A stretch of 64,000 bases of DNA from an uncultured Acidobacteriaceae bacterium (GTDB lineage Bacteria; Acidobacteriota; Terriglobia; Terriglobales; Acidobacteriaceae), in NCBI GenBank assembly GCA_963716385.1, contig OY970305.1:2187614-2251613 (forward strand). Direction: 5' to 3'. The number at the start of each line of letters is the position of its first letter. Position 1 is the first letter of the stretch. The notes under the pieces were generated by a model. It had not been told where the DNA came from. It saw only the letters and a list, made by a program, of their open reading frames with translations, and ran no database searches. The translations under genes and the position numbers were made by a program. This document shows, piece after piece, positions 26,280 through 36,149 of this stretch.

Positions 26280-29263
26280 TGGGCGGCCCCGCTGGATTCG
26301 GAGTGCGTGGGTTGCGGCGGGGCGATGCCCATTTCAGTCAACGCGCTTTGGCAGCGGGTGCAGACGTTCTGCCAGATGCCGTAGTCGGCGACTTCAGGCA
26401 TGAAGTTCCAGCAGCGGGCGCACTTAGTGCCGCTGGCGGAGACTGCACGGATTTCAACGTGCCCACCCAGCGAAGGAAGTATTACTTCCGATTCGGATGT
26501 CTGAAGAGTGGAGCTTTTGATTTCGTACTCTTCAACTCGCACCGCCGAAACATTGAGGATTTCCTTCAGGCCCGACGAGTGGCGTTGGAGGAGCGACAAT
26601 GCTTCTCCCGACGCCTCGATTAACACGTTGGCTTCTAGGCCCTTGCCGATGCGCTTAGCCTGGCGTTCTTGTTCCAGCACGCGTAGCGCTGCATCTCGGA
26701 TCTCGAACAGCTTTTTCCACTCGTCGACCAGCTCCGCTGCATCGCTGGAGAACACTTCTTCTGGCCTGGGGAACTGCGCGAGATGCACGCTCACTGCGCG
26801 GCCTTCGACGTTGGGCAAATACTCCCAGACCTCGTCGGCGGTGAAGCTGAGGATGGGCGCGACCAGGCGGACCAGCGTCTCGGTGATCTGCCACAGCACG
26901 GTCTGCGCGGAGCGGCGCGCCTGGCTGGTGGGCGCGAAGGTGTACATGCGGTCTTTGAGCGCGTCGAGGTAGAACGAGCTGAGGTCGACGATCGCAAACT
27001 CGTTGATGGCCTGATAGACGCGATGGAACTCGAAGGCCGCGTACCATGCGAGGATTTTTTCGGTCAGGTCGCGGGTGCGGGCCAGCATGTAGCGGTCCAG
27101 CGGCAGCAGTTCAGCCTCGGGGACGCGATCGCGGACGGGGTCGAAACCATTGAGGTTGCCGAGCAGAAAGCGGAAGGTGTTGCGCACTTTGCGATAGAGG
27201 TCGGCGCAGCGCTGCATCAGGTTTTCGCTGGCCGCCATGTCCTCGCGGAAGTCGACCGAGGCGACCCACAGGCGGACAATCTCGCCGCCCATGCGGTTGG
27301 CGATGTCGACCGGGTCCACGCCGTTGCCCAGCGACTTGGACATGGCGCGGCCCTGCTCGTCGAGGGTCCATCCGGCGGTGGCCACGTGGGAGTAGGGCGC
27401 GCCGCCGCGCAGGGCCACCGAGGTGAGCAGAGAGGAGTGGAACCAGCCGCGATGCTGGTCGCCGCCCTCGAGATACAGGACCGGAGGTGTTTTCTCCTTT
27501 TGGAAGGAGGCGTATGCGGATTTCAGATCGGGGTCGGCCTCACAGACGGCGAACCAACTGGTGCCGGAGTCGAACCAGACATCGAGAATGTCGGTCTCCT
27601 TGCGGAACTTCGTGCCGCCGCAGTGGGCGCAGGCAGCGCGAGTGGGCAGCAGCGCTTCAATCGCGGTGGTGTGCCAGGATTCCACGCCTTCGCGCTCGAA
27701 CAGGTCCACGATCGTGCGATTCAGCGCGGCGTCGAGGATCGGCCGCTGGCAGCCCTCGCACAGAAAGACGGCGATGGGCACGCCCCAGATGCGCTGGCGG
27801 CTGATGCACCAGTCGGGGCGGGTGGCGATCATGTTGGTGATGCGCTCCTTGCCCCAGGCCGGGTCCCAGACAACCTTGTCGATCTCTTCAATGGCGAGTT
27901 GGCGGTAGGTGGTCTCGGAACCATCGGCGCGCTTCACCGGGGTTTCAAGTCCGATGAACCACTGCTCGGTGGCGCGGAAGATGACGGGATGATGGCAGCG
28001 CCAGCAGTGCGGATACGAATGTTCGAGGGGGGCTCCGGCCAAAAGGGCGCCGGATTCTTCCAGCATGGCGACGATGATGGGGTTGGCGGCCCAGACCTTG
28101 AGGCCCTCGAAGGCGGGCGGTGCGGCGAAGGGCCAGGCTTCGGGGTCCACATGGAGGCGGCCGGCCGAGTCCACGCGGCAGGTCTGGTCCAGGCCGTAGC
28201 GCACGCCGGTGTAGAAGTCGTCGGCGCCGTGCGAGGGCGCGGTGTGGACCGCGCCGGTGCCCTGGTCGGCGGTGACATAGTTGGCCAGCACGCCGAGGAT
28301 GCTGCGCTCGAGGAAGGGGTGCTTGAAGGTGGCGCGATCCAGCCTGGCGCCTTTGAGGCGGACCAGTTCCGTGGTTGTTTCCAGCTTGCAGGCAGCGGCG
28401 ACCTGGGCGGCCAACTCGGCGGCGACGATGTAGACGGGGCCGGACTGGCCCGGCGAATCGCCCGGCGCGGCAATTGCCACGTAGTCAAAGTCGGGGTGGA
28501 AGGCGACGGCCATGGACGCGGGCAGGGTCCAGGGGGTGGTGGTCCAGATGATGGTGTAGACGTCGCGGCCGGCAAGGGCGGGGTCCAGCGCCGCGGCGTC
28601 CGAGGTGAGCCGATAGCGCACATAGACCGACGGGCTGGTGTGCATCTCGTACTCGACCTCGGCCTCGGCCAGCGCGGTGCGGTCGTGGATACACCAGTAA
28701 ACCGGCTTGAGGCCGCGGTAGACGAAGCCCTTCTCAAGGAAGCCGTAGAAAGCTTCCAGGGTGCGGGCCTCGTAGTCGCGGGCCATGGTCATGTAGGGCT
28801 TGTCCCAGCGGCCGAAGCAGCCAATGCGCTCAAACTGCGAGGTTTGCAGGTCAACGTACTTCTGCGCGTAGGCGCGGCAGGCTTCCAGCACGGCGGGGAC
28901 CGGCATCTCCAGCTTTTTGTGGCCCAGGTGCTCGTCCACCTTGATCTCGATGGGCAGGCCGTGGCAGTCGTAGCCGGGGATGTAAGGAGAGTCAAAGCCG
29001 GCCATGGTTTTCGACTTGACGACGAAGTCCTTGAGGCCTTTGTTGAGCGCGTGGCCCAGGTGGATGGGGCCGTTGGCGTAGGGCGGGCCGTCATGGAGGA
29101 TGTAGGCGGGACGGCCTGCCCCGGCCTTGCGCAGTTCCTCATAAAGCCGGAGCGAGGCCCACCGAGCCAGCCGAAGCGGTTCATTTTGTGGCAGATTGGC
29201 CTTCATGGGGAAGGCCGTCTGAGGCAAGGTCAGGGTCGCCTTCAACTCCGGCGCTGGAGACAT
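26276..29263 (-). CDS. ileS: Isoleucine--tRNA ligase
   Basis: LHDGPPYANGPIHLGH, DWCISRQRIWG, AMSKSLGN, C-terminal CARCW..CTRC zinc finger. SD AAGGGAG before ATG 29263; an alternative start is at 29296. Confidence 0.97.
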   Translation of the reverse strand: MSPAPELKATLTLPQTAFPMKANLPQNEPLRLARWASLRLYEELRKAGAGRPAYILHDGPPYANGPIHLGHALNKGLKDFVVKSKTMAGFDSPYIPGYDCHGLPIEIKVDEHLGHKKLEMPVPAVLEACRAYAQKYVDLQTSQFERIGCFGRWDKPYMTMARDYEARTLEAFYGFLEKGFVYRGLKPVYWCIHDRTALAEAEVEYEMHTSPSVYVRYRLTSDAAALDPALAGRDVYTIIWTTTPWTLPASMAVAFHPDFDYVAIAAPGDSPGQSGPVYIVAAELAAQVAAACKLETTTELVRLKGARLDRATFKHPFLERSILGVLANYVTADQGTGAVHTAPSHGADDFYTGVRYGLDQTCRVDSAGRLHVDPEAWPFAAPPAFEGLKVWAANPIIVAMLEESGALLAGAPLEHSYPHCWRCHHPVIFRATEQWFIGLETPVKRADGSETTYRQLAIEEIDKVVWDPAWGKERITNMIATRPDWCISRQRIWGVPIAVFLCEGCQRPILDAALNRTIVDLFEREGVESWHTTAIEALLPTRAACAHCGGTKFRKETDILDVWFDSGTSWFAVCEADPDLKSAYASFQKEKTPPVLYLEGGDQHRGWFHSSLLTSVALRGGAPYSHVATAGWTLDEQGRAMSKSLGNGVDPVDIANRMGGEIVRLWVASVDFREDMAASENLMQRCADLYRKVRNTFRFLLGNLNGFDPVRDRVPEAELLPLDRYMLARTRDLTEKILAWYAAFEFHRVYQAINEFAIVDLSSFYLDALKDRMYTFAPTSQARRSAQTVLWQITETLVRLVAPILSFTADEVWEYLPNVEGRAVSVHLAQFPRPEEVFSSDAAELVDEWKKLFEIRDAALRVLEQERQAKRIGKGLEANVLIEASGEALSLLQRHSSGLKEILNVSAVRVEEYEIKSSTLQTSESEVILPSLGGHVEIRAVSASGTKCARCWNFMPEVADYGIWQNVCTRCQSALTEMGIAPPQPTHSESSGAAQ

Positions 29264-29534
29264 CGTGACTCCCTTGTCTAGTGCGAAATTATTCATTTGC
29301 TAGTGTAAATGTTGGAGGGAGATTTTTCCGGTAACAAGTGCGGGAGCGGGTCGTCTATTGTTTATGGGAATCTCCTTCTCTCAAGAATATGAGATTCTGG
29401 GGAAGACGGAGTCGAAGCCCGGGTCTGGCGGATTGGAGACAAGGGTGGGCACTGTCGAGCATAATGGAGTGATGGGCCTGGATGCGGAAGTGCACCCCTC
29501 GGGGCAAGCGCAGCCAAAAGGGCCGGCAGCGAAT

Positions 29535-30550
29535 ATGGCAAACGATCTACTCATCCAGCCGGAATCGGAGACTGAAGCGGCCCTGGCCTTGCCGGCCGGG
29601 CACGAACTCGACGCCTTTTTGGGCCGGGCGTTTGAGGAAAAGTCTCTTTGGACCAGCCTCTACGAGAGCGTTCGCGACTTTTTCTTCCCCCCCATCTGCC
29701 TCCGCTGGAGCTGACTTCGGAGCCGATTCCGGTGCCCGACCGGATGGCGGTGAAGCCCAACCCATGGGCCATCGGAATTTCCACCGCGGTCAACGTGTCG
29801 ATTCTGCTGGTGGCGTTGTTTTTCCTCGGCAAAAAAATCATGGACACGGTCAAGCCGACGTTGACGGCGACCAACATCGATGTGGGCGACTTCGAGCTGA
29901 AAGCGCCCAAGGCGGGCGTTGCCGCAGGCGGGGGCGGCGGGGGCGGTTCGCACGACATCGTCGATCCCATCAAGGGCAGGCTGCCGCCGCGCATGAAGGA
30001 TCCGATTACGCCTCCCATGGTGCCGGTGCTGGATAATCCCAAGCTGGCGGTGCCCGCGGCGATCAACGTACAGCAGAACATCCAGTTGCCTGACAACCCG
30101 GCGCTGCCCAACATCGGCGTGACCAAATCGCCCAATGTTGCGCTGGCTTCCAACGGCCAGGGCTCAAACGCCGGCATGGGGACGGGCGCTTACGGCGGCA
30201 TCGGTTCAGGGACCGGCAACGGCTATGGGCCGGGACGCGGGGGAAATACCGGCGGCGGACTGTATCAGGTGGGCGGCGGCATTTCCGCGCCGGTGCCGAT
30301 CTTCCAGCCGGAGGCGGAGTTCTCTGACGAGGCGCGCCGGGCGAAATACCAGGGCGTTTGCCTGATCTCGCTGATCGTCGACGCGCAGGGCAATCCGCAG
30401 AATCCGCGCGTGATTCGCGCGCTGGGCATGGGTCTGGACGAGAAGGCCCTGGAAGCGGTGCGCAAGTACAAGTTCAAGCCGGCCATGAAGGATGGCAGAT
30501 CGCCGGTGCCGGTGATGATTACCATCGAGGTCAACTTCCGGCTTTATTAG
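29535..30550 (+). CDS. tonB: Energy transducer TonB, interrupted by an apparent frameshift at the C7 tract 29687-29693
   Basis: Frame 1 gives MANDLL..FEEKSLWTSLYESVRDFFFPP; another frame continues HLPPLELTSEPIPVPDRMAVKPNP, a TM helix and the TonB C-domain (PEAEFSDEARRAKYQG..KFKPAMKDG). Intact from internal ATG 29744. Confidence 0.8.
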
Positions 30551-30559
30551 GGCTTGCCG

Positions 30560-30595
30560 CAGTCAGGGCATCAGTCAGGACAACAGTCTGGACAA
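30560..30595. repeat. Tandem 12-mer x3 (CAGTCAGGGCAT CAGTCAGGACAA CAGTCTGGACAA)
   Basis: Read directly between the tonB stop and a GC-rich terminator-like hairpin at about 30597-30628. Confidence 0.65.
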
Positions 30596-30725
30596 CAGGG
30601 GCGGGGCGCGCGGGCGCCTCGCCCTTTCTGTGTGCGCACGAAGACGGAATCAATCGATTTAGCTCGGGGCCATTTACGGCTTGGCTGTGATACTCTGCGC
30701 TGTTCTTCAATCGGGAGGGATGGCG

Positions 30726-32933
30726 ATGCGGCTACGGTTTGGAGCATGGGTGGCGGGGCTGGCGGGACTGGTGCTGGCGGTGGGATTGGCGCGGGTCGCC
30801 GCGGCGCAGGCGGATTATCCGTTTCGCGATACCAGCCTGAGCGACGACCAGCGGATTGCGGACCTGCTGGGGCGGCTGACGATTGCAGAGAAGATCGATC
30901 TGATGTCGGACCACCCGAAGATTCCGCGGCTGGGAATTGTCTTCTCCGGCCAGGTGGAGGGGCTGCACGGGTTGGCGCTGGGCGGGCCGGCGGGCTGGGG
31001 CGGCCGGGGCAGGCAGCCACTGCCGACGACCACGTTTCCGCAGGAAAAGGGGCTGGGCGCGACCTGGGACCCGGAGTTGCTGAAGAAGATTGCGTCGCTG
31101 GAGGGCTACGAGGCGCGCTACGACTATCAGAACCCGATCTTCGACCGGGGCGGGGTGGTGGTGCGCGCGCCGAATGACGACCTGAGCCGCGACCCGCGCT
31201 GGGGCCGGACGGAAGAGTCCTATGGCGAGGACCCGTACCTCGTGGGCACCATGACCGTGGCATTTGTGCAGGGTTTGCAGGGGCCGGACGCGAAGCATTG
31301 GCAGGCGGCGTCGCTGATGAAGCATTTCCTGGCCAACGAGAACGAAGACGGCCGCACCCACACGTCGTCGGACTTTGATGAGCGACAGTTTCGGGAGTAC
31401 TACTCGGTGCCTTTCCGCATGGGCTTTGAGCAGGGCGGCTCGCGGGCGGTGATGGCCGCTTATAACTCCTGGAATGGCATTCCGATGCTGATCCATCCTG
31501 TGCTGAAAGACGTGATGATCAAGGAATGGGGCAACGACGGGTTGATCTGCTCGGACGGCGGCGCACTGGGGCTGCTGATTACCTCGCACAAGAGTTTTCC
31601 CGACAAAGAACAGGGCGCGGCGGCGGCGGTGAAGGCGGGCGTCAACAACTTTCTCGACACCTATAAGGACGATCTGTCCAAGGCGCTCAAGGACGGCCTG
31701 CTGACCGAGGCGGATATGGACGCCTCGCTGAAGAACGAGCTGCGGGTTTTTCTGCGGCTGAGCGAGTTTGACCCGCCGGGAGTGGACCCCTACGCGCAGA
31801 TTGGCCGGGAGAGCGGCGGCGTGCTTCCGCCGTGGGAGCGTGATTCGAGCAGGGAACTGGCGCGGCTGGCGACGGACGAGTCGATTGTGCTGCTGAAGAA
31901 CGACGGCGGCGCGCTGCCCCTGGACCGAACGAAGCTGAAGTCGATTGCGGTGATCGGGCCGTGGATCGGACAGGTGCTGCTGGACTGGTACAGCGGCACG
32001 CCGCCGTATGCGGTCAGCATCCTGGATGGAATTCGCGAAGCGGCGGGAAAGGACGTGACGGTGCTGTTCGCCGATGGCTCGGACCCGGCCGAGGCTGCGG
32101 CGCTGGCGCGCAAGGCCGATGTGGCGATCGTGGTGGTGGGCAATCACCCGGAGTGCAACGCGGGCTGGGATGAGTGCCCCACGCCCTCCAACGGCAAAGA
32201 GGATGTGGACCGCAAGACGATCGTGCTGGAGCAGGAGTCGCTGGTGAAGCAGGTCTTTGCGGCCAATCCCAGAACGATTGAGGTGCTGCGGTCAAGCTTT
32301 CCGTATGCGATTGTGTGGAGCGAACAAAACCTGCCGGCCATCGTACACATGGTGCACAACAGCCAGGAGGAGGGCCACGGGCTGGCCGACGTGCTGTTTG
32401 GAGGTTACTCGCCGGCCGGCCGGCTGACCCAGACCTGGCCCACGGGCGACGCGCAGTTGCCGCCCATTCTGGACTACAACCTGCTGGACGGGCACACGTA
32501 CCTGTACAGCAAGGACAAGCCGCTGTATGCCTTCGGCTACGGGCTCAGTTACACGAGCTTTGCCTATGAGGACCTGAGCCTGAGCGCGCCGAAGATGGAT
32601 GCGGACGGCAGTGTCGAGGCGACGGTGAAGGTGAAGAACACGGGCACGCGGGCCAGCGACGAGGTGGTGCAAATGTACGTGCAACATCTGGGTTCGGCGG
32701 TGGAGCGGCCGCGGATGGAACTGAAGGGATTCAAGCGGGTGAGGATCGAGGCAGGGGCGGAGCTGGACGTGACGCTGAAGTTGAAGGCGCGCGATCTTGC
32801 GTATTGGGATACGCCCAGTCACACCTGGCGCGTGGAGAAGGAGCAGGTGCGTGTGCTGGCTGGTGGATCGAGCGACAACTTACCCGTCCACGCCGTAGTG
32901 GAGGTCACGGAGAGCAAAGAATTCAAGCCGTAG
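30726..32933 (+). CDS. Secreted GH3 beta-glucosidase/beta-xylosidase
   Basis: RDPRWGRTEESYGEDP, MKHF, VMAAYN, ICSDGG, PLYAFGYGLSYTSF, DEVVQMY. Confidence 0.92.
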   Translation: MRLRFGAWVAGLAGLVLAVGLARVAAAQADYPFRDTSLSDDQRIADLLGRLTIAEKIDLMSDHPKIPRLGIVFSGQVEGLHGLALGGPAGWGGRGRQPLPTTTFPQEKGLGATWDPELLKKIASLEGYEARYDYQNPIFDRGGVVVRAPNDDLSRDPRWGRTEESYGEDPYLVGTMTVAFVQGLQGPDAKHWQAASLMKHFLANENEDGRTHTSSDFDERQFREYYSVPFRMGFEQGGSRAVMAAYNSWNGIPMLIHPVLKDVMIKEWGNDGLICSDGGALGLLITSHKSFPDKEQGAAAAVKAGVNNFLDTYKDDLSKALKDGLLTEADMDASLKNELRVFLRLSEFDPPGVDPYAQIGRESGGVLPPWERDSSRELARLATDESIVLLKNDGGALPLDRTKLKSIAVIGPWIGQVLLDWYSGTPPYAVSILDGIREAAGKDVTVLFADGSDPAEAAALARKADVAIVVVGNHPECNAGWDECPTPSNGKEDVDRKTIVLEQESLVKQVFAANPRTIEVLRSSFPYAIVWSEQNLPAIVHMVHNSQEEGHGLADVLFGGYSPAGRLTQTWPTGDAQLPPILDYNLLDGHTYLYSKDKPLYAFGYGLSYTSFAYEDLSLSAPKMDADGSVEATVKVKNTGTRASDEVVQMYVQHLGSAVERPRMELKGFKRVRIEAGAELDVTLKLKARDLAYWDTPSHTWRVEKEQVRVLAGGSSDNLPVHAVVEVTESKEFKP

Positions 32934-33019
32934 GGGGGAGGCGCTACAGCTTTCTCTTTTGGCAGCGGTCTTTGCCGCTGCTGGAAGAGGGCCCGTTGCA
33001 ACGCAGAGAAGAGAAGCAA

Positions 33020-33096
33020 TGGTGCGCCCGGAGAGATTCGAACTCCCGACCTACTGATTCGTAGTCAGTCGCTCTATCCAGCTGAGCTACGGGCGC
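33020..33096 (-). tRNA. tRNA-Arg (ACG)
   Basis: GCGCCCG/CGGGCGC acceptor stem plus CCA; anticodon arm ACTGA-CTACGAA-TCAGT; GTTCGAAT T-loop; 77 nt. Confidence 0.97.
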
Positions 33097-33124
33097 ACGC
33101 ACGGTTCCACGCGGAACCAAAGAC

Positions 33125-33153
33125 AGATTAACAGGGATTCTGTGGAGGCGCAA
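33125..33153 (-). promoter_or_regulatory. Sigma70-like promoter of tRNA-Arg (TTGCGC-17-TAATCT)
   Basis: Read on the minus strand with 17-nt spacing. Confidence 0.55.
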
Positions 33154-33156
33154 TCT

Positions 33157-33426
33157 TCAGGGCAAGGCAGCGGGCGTCGGCTCCGGGGCGGGTTGCGGGG
33201 GGATCAGCGACAGCTCCTCGTCAATCTCAAGGCCGGCCTGGTGCACCAGCTTGGCCACGGCGGCGGCGTTGAGCCGGGTGGCGTCGTACTCCACGCGCAG
33301 GGTGCGGGCGGCGCGGTCAAAGCTGAGTTGGCGGATACCGTAGACCTCGCGAATGCTGGCCAGCGCAAAGGTCATCGCATCGGAGGGGGTTCCGGCGTAG
33401 CGAAAAAGAATGTCCACCGTGGTCAT
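33157..33426 (-). CDS. Small hypothetical protein, HMA/ferredoxin-like fold without CxxC
   Basis: MTTVDILFRY..YGIRQLSFD...LRVEYDATRL; typical codon usage and a -10 box 6 nt upstream. Confidence 0.6.
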   Translation of the reverse strand: MTTVDILFRYAGTPSDAMTFALASIREVYGIRQLSFDRAARTLRVEYDATRLNAAAVAKLVHQAGLEIDEELSLIPPQPAPEPTPAALP

Positions 33427-33452
33427 AGAAGAATGATAGCAAGCACCGCGGC

Positions 33453-33944
33453 CTAGAGGCCGTTCAGATACTGGCGAATTTCGGGGTCGGACCAGTCCTG
33501 CGCGCCGATGAATTTGCGGCGGATGATGCCTTTGCGGTCGATGACGTAGGTCTCGGGCCACATGTCGGTATGGAAGAGGTTGGCCGCGGACTGGCTGGGG
33601 TCGCGGACCGTGATCAGGTTCACATGGCGGCTGCGAATGAAGCTCGAATAGGCATCGGGGTCTTCGTCGATGCTGACGGCGAGAATGACCAGATTCGGGT
33701 CTTCGCGGTGGAGCTGGAGCAGCGAGGGCAACTCCTCGACGCACGGCGCGCACCAGGTGGCCCAGAAATTGAGCAGCACTACGCGGCCGCGGTAGTTGGC
33801 CAGGTGAATTGAAGAAGTTCCGTCGGAGACGGTAAAGTCGGGCGCCCGCTTGCCAATCTGAGCGGGATGCGCGCCGCGGTTGCATCCAGGAAGCAGGGCC
33901 AGCGGCAGAAGCAGAAACAGTGTGATGAACCGAAGAAACCGCAC
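33453..33944 (-). CDS. TlpA/ResA-like thiol-disulfide reductase lipoprotein
   Basis: Lipobox LPGC, APDFTV, LNFWATWCAPC, PETYVIDRKG. Confidence 0.9.
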   Translation of the reverse strand: MRFLRFITLFLLLPLALLPGCNRGAHPAQIGKRAPDFTVSDGTSSIHLANYRGRVVLLNFWATWCAPCVEELPSLLQLHREDPNLVILAVSIDEDPDAYSSFIRSRHVNLITVRDPSQSAANLFHTDMWPETYVIDRKGIIRRKFIGAQDWSDPEIRQYLNGL

Positions 33945-33964
33945 ATACTTATAATACGGAGCGA

Positions 33965-35176
33965 ATGGTACTTGGCGAAAGGGCAGTGATGGGGACAGAA
34001 AAGCCGGAGCCGGGCAAAGCGGCAGGCGCGAAGGCCTGGAAGCCCGTGCTGGGACTTGCCGGCGAGCCGGGCGAAACGCCGGCCGTGCACGCGGGGATTG
34101 TCTCTCGGACGGTGTTTGACCAGCCGGAGCCGGAGGAGTTGCTGGAATTGACGGTGATTGTTCCGGCGCGCGACGAGGAGGAAAGCTTGGGGGCTTGCCT
34201 GGAGTCGCTGGTAGCGCAATCGGACGAGGTCTTCAAGCTCGGGCGGGATTGGGAACTGATCGTGGTGGACGACCACTCAAGCGATCGAACCACGGAGACT
34301 GCGCGCGGCTTTGCCGGGGTTACGCTGATCGAGGCCGGCACGCTGGAGCCGGGCTGGACGGGGAAGACGAATGCCATCTGGACGGCGGCGCGAAAGGCGC
34401 GCGGGCGGTGGCTGTTGTTCACCGACGCGGACACGGTGCACGAGCCGGGCAATCTGCACCGGGCGATGCACGAGGCCATGCGGCACCAGGTGGGCATGCT
34501 GAGCTACTCCCCGCGGCAGATTGTGAACGGGCTGTGGCAGCGGGCTCTGATGCCGCTGGTATTTTGCGAGCTGGCGCTGGCCTATCCGCCGGTCAAGGTC
34601 TCGGACCCCAACGAGCGGATTGCGGCGGCCAACGGCCAGTTTTTGCTGGTGGAGCGGGAGGCCTATCGGCGCCTGGGCGGTCACGCATCCGTGGCGGACA
34701 AAGTGCTGGAGGACGTCGAACTGGCCTTCATCGCCAAGCGGCGCAAGGTGGGCCTGCGCTTTCGCTACGCGGACGATGCGATTTCCACGCGGATGTACCG
34801 GACGACGGCTGCCATGATCGAGGGCTGGACGAAGAATCTGGCGCTGCTCTTCGGCAATGCGCTGGCGACGGCGCTGTGGCGGGCGCTGGACATTGCCCTG
34901 CTGGTGGGGTTGCCGTGGCTGGCGATCAAGCTTTGGAACGCGCGCTTTGCGGTGCATTCGCTGGAGTGGCTGGCCGCCGGATGGGTGCTGTTGCTGTTGT
35001 GGGTGCGCAATCTCTTCCGCTTCTACGGGCGGGTGGCCAAGTCCAACTTTCCCTTTGTGGACTGCGCCTTGTCGCCGCTGGGCTTGCCGCTGTTTGTCTG
35101 GCTTCTGTATCGAAGCTGGTTTCAGCACAGGATTCTGAAGCGCGTAAGCTGGAAGGGCAGGACCTACGCGGAGTAG
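33965..35176 (+). CDS. Glycosyltransferase family 2 with C-terminal TM helices (HpnB/CrtQ-like)
   Basis: VIVPARDEE, VDDHSSDRT, GWTGK, FTDAD, ANGQF, LEDVELA, WTKN. Confidence 0.85.
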   Translation: MVLGERAVMGTEKPEPGKAAGAKAWKPVLGLAGEPGETPAVHAGIVSRTVFDQPEPEELLELTVIVPARDEEESLGACLESLVAQSDEVFKLGRDWELIVVDDHSSDRTTETARGFAGVTLIEAGTLEPGWTGKTNAIWTAARKARGRWLLFTDADTVHEPGNLHRAMHEAMRHQVGMLSYSPRQIVNGLWQRALMPLVFCELALAYPPVKVSDPNERIAAANGQFLLVEREAYRRLGGHASVADKVLEDVELAFIAKRRKVGLRFRYADDAISTRMYRTTAAMIEGWTKNLALLFGNALATALWRALDIALLVGLPWLAIKLWNARFAVHSLEWLAAGWVLLLLWVRNLFRFYGRVAKSNFPFVDCALSPLGLPLFVWLLYRSWFQHRILKRVSWKGRTYAE

Positions 35177-35289
35177 GCGCATTCGATGAGGCGGTCATGC
35201 CGGCGGCTCGATTTTGACAGGACGCAATTGTGGTGAACAAGATGAAGCTATGCGGGCACTTGGAGCATCTTTTTGTTTGAGGCAATAGA

Positions 35290-35709
35290 ATGATTCATCT
35301 CACGCGGCGGGCTACGTTTTCCGCATCGCACTACTACTGGAACGACGGCTGGGCGGCGGAGAAGAACGAGCAGGTCTTTGGGCGCTGTGCGAATCGTAAC
35401 GGACACGGGCACAATTACACCCTGGAGGTGACCGTGGCCGGCGAGCCCGACCCGGTGACGGGATTTGTGGTCGATCTGAAATGGCTGAAGGACGTGATGG
35501 AGCGGGAGGTGCTGGCAGCCTATGACCATCGCCACCTGAACCTGGAGGTTGCCGAGTTCGCCACGGCCATCCCGACCACGGAAAACATCGCCATTGCGGC
35601 GTGGAAACGGCTGGAACCTACGATTGCGGCGGCAGGCGGAGCGAGGCTGAGCCGGGTGCGGGTCTACGAGACGCCGGAGATCTTTGCCGAGTACCGGGGA
35701 GAGGCATGA
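35290..35709 (+). CDS. 6-pyruvoyl-tetrahydropterin synthase/QueD family, copy 1
   Basis: FSASH, CANRNGHGHNY, GFVVDL, DHRHLN, PTTENIA, ETP. Confidence 0.88.
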   Translation: MIHLTRRATFSASHYYWNDGWAAEKNEQVFGRCANRNGHGHNYTLEVTVAGEPDPVTGFVVDLKWLKDVMEREVLAAYDHRHLNLEVAEFATAIPTTENIAIAAWKRLEPTIAAAGGARLSRVRVYETPEIFAEYRGEA

Positions 35710-36113
35710 AGGCGTATTTTGGGCGCAGGTATATGCTCAGCGCGAGCCACCGCCTGCACGCGGACGCGCTGTCGGCGGAGGAGAACCGGGCCGTGTATGG
35801 CAAGTGCAACAATCCCCACGGCCACGGGCACAACTACGTGGTGGAGGTGTTGGCCGGCGGGCCGGTGGACGCAGAGACAGGCATGGTGGTGAACATGGCG
35901 GCGCTGGATGAAGCGGTGCAAACAAGAGTCGCGGATCGCTTTGACCATGCCAACTTCAATCTGGATTCTCTGTTTGTGAATCGCGTGCCGACGACGGAGA
36001 ATCTGTGTAGAGCAGTGTTTGAATTGTTGCAGGACGCTTTGCCCGCAGGTCAGCTGGAGTCGGTGCGGGTGGAAGAGACCGAGAATAACTTCTTTGAGTA
36101 TTGCGGCGAATGA
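35706..36113 (+). CDS. 6-pyruvoyl-tetrahydropterin synthase/QueD family, copy 2
   Basis: SASHRLH, CNNPHGHGHNY, GMVVN, DHANFN, PTTENL, ETENN. ATGA overlap with copy 1. Confidence 0.88.
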   Translation: MKAYFGRRYMLSASHRLHADALSAEENRAVYGKCNNPHGHGHNYVVEVLAGGPVDAETGMVVNMAALDEAVQTRVADRFDHANFNLDSLFVNRVPTTENLCRAVFELLQDALPAGQLESVRVEETENNFFEYCGE

Positions 36114-36149
36114 GATGAGTAAAACACCCCTGATCCCCAGGGTGGGAGG

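Noticed and set aside
29297-29534. T-box or riboswitch ahead of ileS
   Set aside because: No T-box motif or terminator; a -10 box (TACACT) lies only about 45 nt from the likely start.
16808-33096. tRNA-Leu or tRNA-Arg as integration sites of a genomic island
   Set aside because: No integrase, no duplicated tRNA 3' end seen, and the flanking genes are core functions.
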